Shown: piece after piece, positions 59,848-64,000 of the stretch
How the letters are laid out: each line of letters begins with the position of its first letter
How positions within the stretch are numbered: position 1 is the stretch's first letter
Program-made: the position numbers and the translations under genes
NCBI GenBank assembly: GCA_963716475.1
Contig: OY970314.1
Coordinates: 918,508-982,507 of the forward strand
Direction: 5' to 3'
Length of the DNA: 64,000 nucleotides
Source: Candidatus Woesebacteria bacterium
Lineage (GTDB): Bacteria; Patescibacteriota; Microgenomatia; UBA8517
Notes under the pieces: model-generated
Seen by the model: only the letters and a program-made list of their open reading frames with translations
The model's database searches: none
Told to the model about the DNA's origin: nothing

Positions 59848-60246
59848 ATGAAGGCTTCTGAAATTCAAAGGGCCTTTGGCCACAAGTTGATTGGCACACG
59901 ACTAATGAAACGGATGGTTGTGCAGGCTCTACGCCGGATGCCTGATGAAACCATCGAAAAAGTCACAAAACACTGCTGGTTTGTGAGCTCATTTGAGGAC
60001 GGATGGGCATTTACGCTAAGGCATAACGATTTAAAAAGAGGGGAGTATCTGATTTTTTTAAGCGACGAACTTTTACGGGAGGATGAAAACCAGATTATTT
60101 GGACCATTACCCACGAAATCGGGCATGTAATCCTGGGGCACAGAAATTCAATCGGAGTAGTCCAAAGTAAAGCGGAGATTAGGAAGCAGGAAAAAGAAGC
60201 AGACGAGTTTGCAATAAGGTTCTTGAGGGATCGGGGAGAAATTTGA
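59848..60246 (+). CDS. ImmA/IrrE-like HEXXH metallopeptidase
   Basis: TITHEIGHVILGH and E.EADEFA. Confidence 0.75.
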   Translation: MKASEIQRAFGHKLIGTRLMKRMVVQALRRMPDETIEKVTKHCWFVSSFEDGWAFTLRHNDLKRGEYLIFLSDELLREDENQIIWTITHEIGHVILGHRNSIGVVQSKAEIRKQEKEADEFAIRFLRDRGEI

Positions 60247-60277
60247 CGATTGCTTCTTTAGATTGTATTCTTCGCGC

Positions 60278-60634
60278 ATGAAAGGTGAAAGGATATTGGT
60301 TGCAGATGACCAGGAGACTTACAGGGAAAGCCTCTGCATGGTAATTAAGCTTTTTGGAGAAGAGGATGGCCACCAGATAGTTGGGGAAGCAGCCTCAAAG
60401 GAAGAAGTGGAAGCCCTTCTTAAAGGGGGACTCAGGCCCAGCATTGCCCTCGTAGACGGAAAATTTCCGGAGTACGGTGATGGTGAGCGGGCTGCTTCGG
60501 TAATTAGAAAGCTTTCCCCTGAAACTTTCATTATTTCTCTTTCTTCTGATCTGCAGACCTGGGGCGATAAAAATATGGTTAAAAATTTCGCTGGCAAAGA
60601 TCTTGTGGAATTTTTAACCAATCTTCAGCATTAA
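60278..60634 (+). CDS. Single-domain receiver protein (cassette 1)
   Basis: ILVADD, ALVDG, LSS and conserved K. Confidence 0.75.
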   Translation: MKGERILVADDQETYRESLCMVIKLFGEEDGHQIVGEAASKEEVEALLKGGLRPSIALVDGKFPEYGDGERAASVIRKLSPETFIISLSSDLQTWGDKNMVKNFAGKDLVEFLTNLQH

Positions 60635-60697
60635 ATTCTACAGGGAGAAATTTGACGGCGATTGCTTGTTACCCCGGTCTTCGTATAATAGATTGTA

Positions 60698-60952
60698 ATG
60701 GGAGTTTGCGAATTCCACGGAAATTACACGGAGTTTCTGAATAATCGAATAACAGCTGAATTGGACAATCCGGTCCTTGGCAAACAAGACTTAGGGAGAG
60801 CTTGGAGTGTTGTCCAAAATGTCGCATTTTGTCAGAGATTAGGTAACATATCTCCGGAAGAGGCTAAGATTGTTTACAATAGAGTTTTTGATCTATATCC
60901 CCAGTTCAAAGAAGATCTGGAAGCGGAATTAGAGAAAAATCATCTTGGTTAA
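60698..60952 (+). CDS. Hypothetical protein (cassette 2)
   Basis: TATAAT 8 nt before the ATG. Confidence 0.6.
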   Translation: MGVCEFHGNYTEFLNNRITAELDNPVLGKQDLGRAWSVVQNVAFCQRLGNISPEEAKIVYNRVFDLYPQFKEDLEAELEKNHLG

Positions 60953-61025
60953 ATTGATGGAGAAATTTAACGGGTTGAAAGTGGAGAAGAAGACTTGTTT
61001 ACCCTGTGTGTTAAAATGAAGAGTA

Positions 61026-61334
61026 ATGGTTGCAATAATTGTTATATTATTTCTGCTTTGGCTCATGGGTTACGGACCTTTTACCGTACTTCATATAATT
61101 TTATTCAGATTCAACGGGCTGACCGTAACTATTTGGGATCTTCTGATTTTCTTTGTTTTAATCTGGCTGGTGGGGAGCCTGCCCAGTCCCTTCAGACAAA
61201 TTGCGGTGGTGTTCATTTTGATTTGGATTTTGTCGCTTCTGGGGGTAATTGCTGTAGCCGGGCTTTCCAGCATCCTGGTTATTGCGATTATTGTGGGAGT
61301 TCTTCTTTATGTGTTAAGCGGTGGGGGAAGATAG
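61026..61334 (+). CDS. Small multi-TM protein (cassette 3)
   Basis: Highly hydrophobic; TAAAAT box upstream. Confidence 0.65.
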   Translation: MVAIIVILFLLWLMGYGPFTVLHIILFRFNGLTVTIWDLLIFFVLIWLVGSLPSPFRQIAVVFILIWILSLLGVIAVAGLSSILVIAIIVGVLLYVLSGGGR

Positions 61335-61361
61335 TACTTCAGGGAGAAATTTGACAGTTTT

Positions 61362-61574
61362 CTACAGTACAATCGGTGGATTGGATAGGTCAGTGGGTGG
61401 CAGCGCTTTCCATTCCTCAAAATTCATTGCGGGACCCTGCATAAAACGAGGATGTTCAGAATGTTCTTTTAAGTATGAAACGTACTCTCGATGGAGATCA
61501 AGTTCCCGGCCGAAATCATAATTTTGTTCAGGCGCTGCCGAAGTACCAGGCTCACTTGGTCTACCGTTTTCCAT
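61362..61574 (-). CDS. Hypothetical protein (cassette 4)
   Basis: TACAAT box upstream on the minus strand. Confidence 0.5.
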   Translation of the reverse strand: MENGRPSEPGTSAAPEQNYDFGRELDLHREYVSYLKEHSEHPRFMQGPAMNFEEWKALPPTDLSNPPIVL

Positions 61575-61734
61575 TTGGCTCTATTGTAAACAGGAGTTAA
61601 AAAAAGTGCAACTGGTGAGGAGAAATTTGTCCTTCTGCAAGCTCAGGACTATAGACGATTCGAGCCTGCAAGGCGAGGCCTTGCGAAGTTAAAAAGCCAT
61701 TGGGGTGGTGGTATAATTAAAATATACAAGGGAT

Positions 61735-61764
61735 ATACCCGCAAAGGAGGCGGGTATTTTTTTT
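61735..61764 (+). terminator. Intrinsic terminator-like hairpin
   Basis: ATACCCGC-AAAGGAG-GCGGGTAT followed by a T-run. Confidence 0.7.
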
Positions 61765-61880
61765 GAAAAACGTATAAGAACTTGACAATTTCTCAGTAAA
61801 ATTAAATAGAAGAAGTTGAAAACCCTTTAGCATGGGTATCACAATTTGCCTATAAATAGTTTTGTCTGAAAGAATTAAGT

Positions 61881-62075
61881 ATGGATAGAGCAGTAGACCT
61901 GTTAATTGGTATTTTGAACCTGGTCATTCTTGGGCCAGATCCAATTTGGACAAAAATTGTGCTTGTGGTAGGCCTGTTTGTTTGGTTCATTGTTTCGGTA
62001 GGAGTAGTTTGCTTTGTGATCGCATTTGTAACAATTGAGGCAAAACGTTTTTCCTCCCGGATACACAGTCGATAG
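61881..62075 (+). CDS. Small membrane protein
   Basis: Two hydrophobic segments. Confidence 0.45.
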   Translation: MDRAVDLLIGILNLVILGPDPIWTKIVLVVGLFVWFIVSVGVVCFVIAFVTIEAKRFSSRIHSR

Positions 62076-62114
62076 TGTAGATTTTAAGAGGGAAGGGGAG
62101 TAAGATACTTCAAA

Positions 62115-62624
62115 ATGGAAAAAGTTCTGAGAACGGAAGGGGAATTAATAAAGGCTCTTCAAGATCAATTACATATTTTAAAAGAGGCGATCGAAAGGGT
62201 TAAAACGGGCGACTTTGCCTATACGAAGGTAATAGCCGCCTCCTTAAGGGTTTTGGTTTTAAAGACAACAAAAAATAAACCACTTCTTTTAAACTTAGCC
62301 AAAAAGTATGATTTTCCCTTGATAATTACAAGAGATGTCCCTCCGTTTAAGCCTGCTACGATATCGATTCAAGACCTTTTAGATGAATTGTATTTTGCAA
62401 GCGGTACTGAACATGTGAAGATAACCAAAAGAGAATTGATTGCAAAGTCTGCCCAACAAGAAGGTTTATCTCACGAGGATGAAAGCCTCGATAAAGATTA
62501 TTTAATATCTAAACCAAAAGGATTATATATTGGAGGCTTACCTCCAGACGTAAGGGCATTATTGGGACTAGGTCAATGTATTTATCAGGCTGGAAATAAT
62601 TTGCTTGTTAAACTTTTGGGATGA
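62115..62624 (+). CDS. Hypothetical protein
   Basis: ORF only. Confidence 0.65.
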   Translation: MEKVLRTEGELIKALQDQLHILKEAIERVKTGDFAYTKVIAASLRVLVLKTTKNKPLLLNLAKKYDFPLIITRDVPPFKPATISIQDLLDELYFASGTEHVKITKRELIAKSAQQEGLSHEDESLDKDYLISKPKGLYIGGLPPDVRALLGLGQCIYQAGNNLLVKLLG

Positions 62625-62646
62625 GGGTGTTGACCAAACTGAGACT

Positions 62647-63231
62647 TCATTTGGGAGACAAAAGACGAGCCTCATATTTTAGGGGACCACGATCCTGATA
62701 ACTGACGGGTACGGCTAGCTTCGTTTTTACTAATTCCTCATTAACCAATTTTCCTTTTTTACACCCTTCGGGATTATCGATTAGGCCGGGATTACTTTCC
62801 CGATCGGATTTGTGCATGTAGTCAGCGGGCAAAAATTGGGGAGTGGATTCGCAACCGATCCAGACCCAGGCCAGGACACGGCCGTATTTATCGTCCTGAT
62901 AACGATCGTACTCCAGGAAAACTTTCTTTCCCGAAATCTCATCGGTTAGTTCTTTTGTTGCCTCGGAATAGTTTTTCTGCCCGCGCTCGGGAGTATTTAT
63001 GCCTATCAAACGCACTTTTACACCGCTAGCGAGGGTGAAAGTGTCGCCGTCTTCTACCATCGAGACAATTCCGGAAGAGGGGAAGAGAGCCTTCATTTGA
63101 TAGTAATTTTGGATTTTATCAAGTGCACCGGTTTTCCAACCGAGGGCGGCGGCGGCAAGGAGGCCGGGAATGAGGATATAAGGGACTCCTTTTTTAATCA
63201 ATTCTTTGGCAGAAAGTCTCTTCTTGCTCAT
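62647..63231 (-). CDS. Thermonuclease (SNase-like), membrane-anchored
   Basis: DGDTF, VRLIGINTPE, DKYGRVLA and VNEELV. Confidence 0.9.
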   Translation of the reverse strand: MSKKRLSAKELIKKGVPYILIPGLLAAAALGWKTGALDKIQNYYQMKALFPSSGIVSMVEDGDTFTLASGVKVRLIGINTPERGQKNYSEATKELTDEISGKKVFLEYDRYQDDKYGRVLAWVWIGCESTPQFLPADYMHKSDRESNPGLIDNPEGCKKGKLVNEELVKTKLAVPVSYQDRGPLKYEARLLSPK

Positions 63232-63276
63232 AATTAATATTAATACTTAATGGGGTTTCTGAGAAACCACAAAGAT

Positions 63277-63672
63277 GTCAACTTCTTACTCGTCTAAGAA
63301 ACACTTTTTCAGTACTTCTTTGCTTCTCCAAAGAAGTACTGGGAAGAAAAGAGCCCCCGATTGTCCTTACCAATAATTTCTTAACGTGCGAAACCGGGGG
63401 ATTAGTTCCCTCTGGAATTCCTTTCAGTCAGTTCCAGTTTCCCCTTCGGTTTCGCACTAAAATTATTAGGAGCGGACAAAAGGGGTTTTGGGGAGCGAAA
63501 ACGTAACCAACTTCGTTGTCAAATTCTTTAAGGCGTTAAGAAAAACAGGGCTAAAAAGCCAGAGTGGGTTGAGTGGAACAAATCACTTCAAATTTCAGGA
63601 GCGTATTCAAATGGGTTTATGGGAACAAAGAACTAAAATTATTAGGAGCGGACAAGAGGGGTTTTAAAAGCG
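63277..63672 (+). repeat. Dispersed structured element, copy G (family 2, with family-1 tail and duplicated 3' segment)
   Basis: Homologous to F; ACTAAAATTATTAGGAGCGGACAA occurs at ~63457 and ~63632. Confidence 0.85.
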
Positions 63673-63711
63673 GTTTGGGGAGAATGTAATTGTGATACAA
63701 TCCCAGTAATT

Positions 63712-63993
63712 ATGGTTGAAAAAGAGGTTAAAGTAGAGGTTGATGAGGAGCTACCGAAAAATTCCGGACAACCCTACCTGGTGGCCGAAATGCTTGTTAG
63801 AGGTGTAATACAAGAGCGGATAGCTTTTGATAGAAAAGCAAGTCCTGAGGCTATTTCCAAATTTTTTTACAAGACAGGCTGTGCAATTAAAACTGATCCG
63901 TGGAGAGGATTGCCGATAGAGAAAAGGCAATTTATAGGAGATTTGTATATTGAAGCTTCATTTGTTGTCCCCGGGCTTGAGAACCGGACCTAA
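63712..63993 (+). CDS. Hypothetical protein
   Basis: TACAAT box upstream. Confidence 0.5.
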   Translation: MVEKEVKVEVDEELPKNSGQPYLVAEMLVRGVIQERIAFDRKASPEAISKFFYKTGCAIKTDPWRGLPIEKRQFIGDLYIEASFVVPGLENRT

Positions 63994-64000
63994 GTGTGTT

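Larger units (their letters stand above)
60235..61631 (+). repeat. Array of five 13-bp direct repeats GGAGAAATTT(G/A)(A/T)C separating single genes
   Basis: Copies at 60235, 60644, 60959, 61343 and 61619. Confidence 0.85.

Noticed and set aside
60235-61631. CRISPR array or classical integron
   Set aside because: Repeats are 13 bp with gene-sized spacers; no cas or intI genes; no consistent attC-length palindromes.

Overview
This looks like a gene-dense chromosomal segment of a Patescibacteria (CPR) bacterium, probably Microgenomates-like. That placement is inferred from gene content: a HerA/VirD4-like ATPase, an ATP-dependent ligase, a standalone 5'-3' exonuclease, a type IV pilus cluster, tRNAs without encoded CCA, and many near-leaderless starts. 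It carries housekeeping genes (class II RNR, PduO, trpS, ftsH, mutM, recF, pth, gdhA, trxAB), a CsoR copper locus and seven tRNAs. Five things stand out. (1) A transcription-type T-box riboswitch with an ultra-short Stem I and a UGG (Trp) specifier, whose terminator ends 3 nt before an atypical A73 tRNA-Trp; a Trp-containing 30-aa uORF, an unknown 462-aa protein and trpS follow. (2) A dispersed ~180-nt non-coding element (7 copies plus remnants) with compensatory stems and a covarying pseudoknot; it nests into itself and brackets single genes. (3) An acyltransferase-like/nitroreductase/Rv1355c-type ThiF trio beside a 7TM histidine kinase and response regulator, next to the pilus operon, which is a candidate small-molecule signalling system. 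(4) Duplicated tRNA ends with fixed breakpoints, folded into hairpins, that flank small cassettes. (5) An array of single small genes separated by a 13-bp repeat equal to the 3' end of a HEXXH peptidase gene. All protein calls come from motif recognition by eye; no database searches or folding programs were run.
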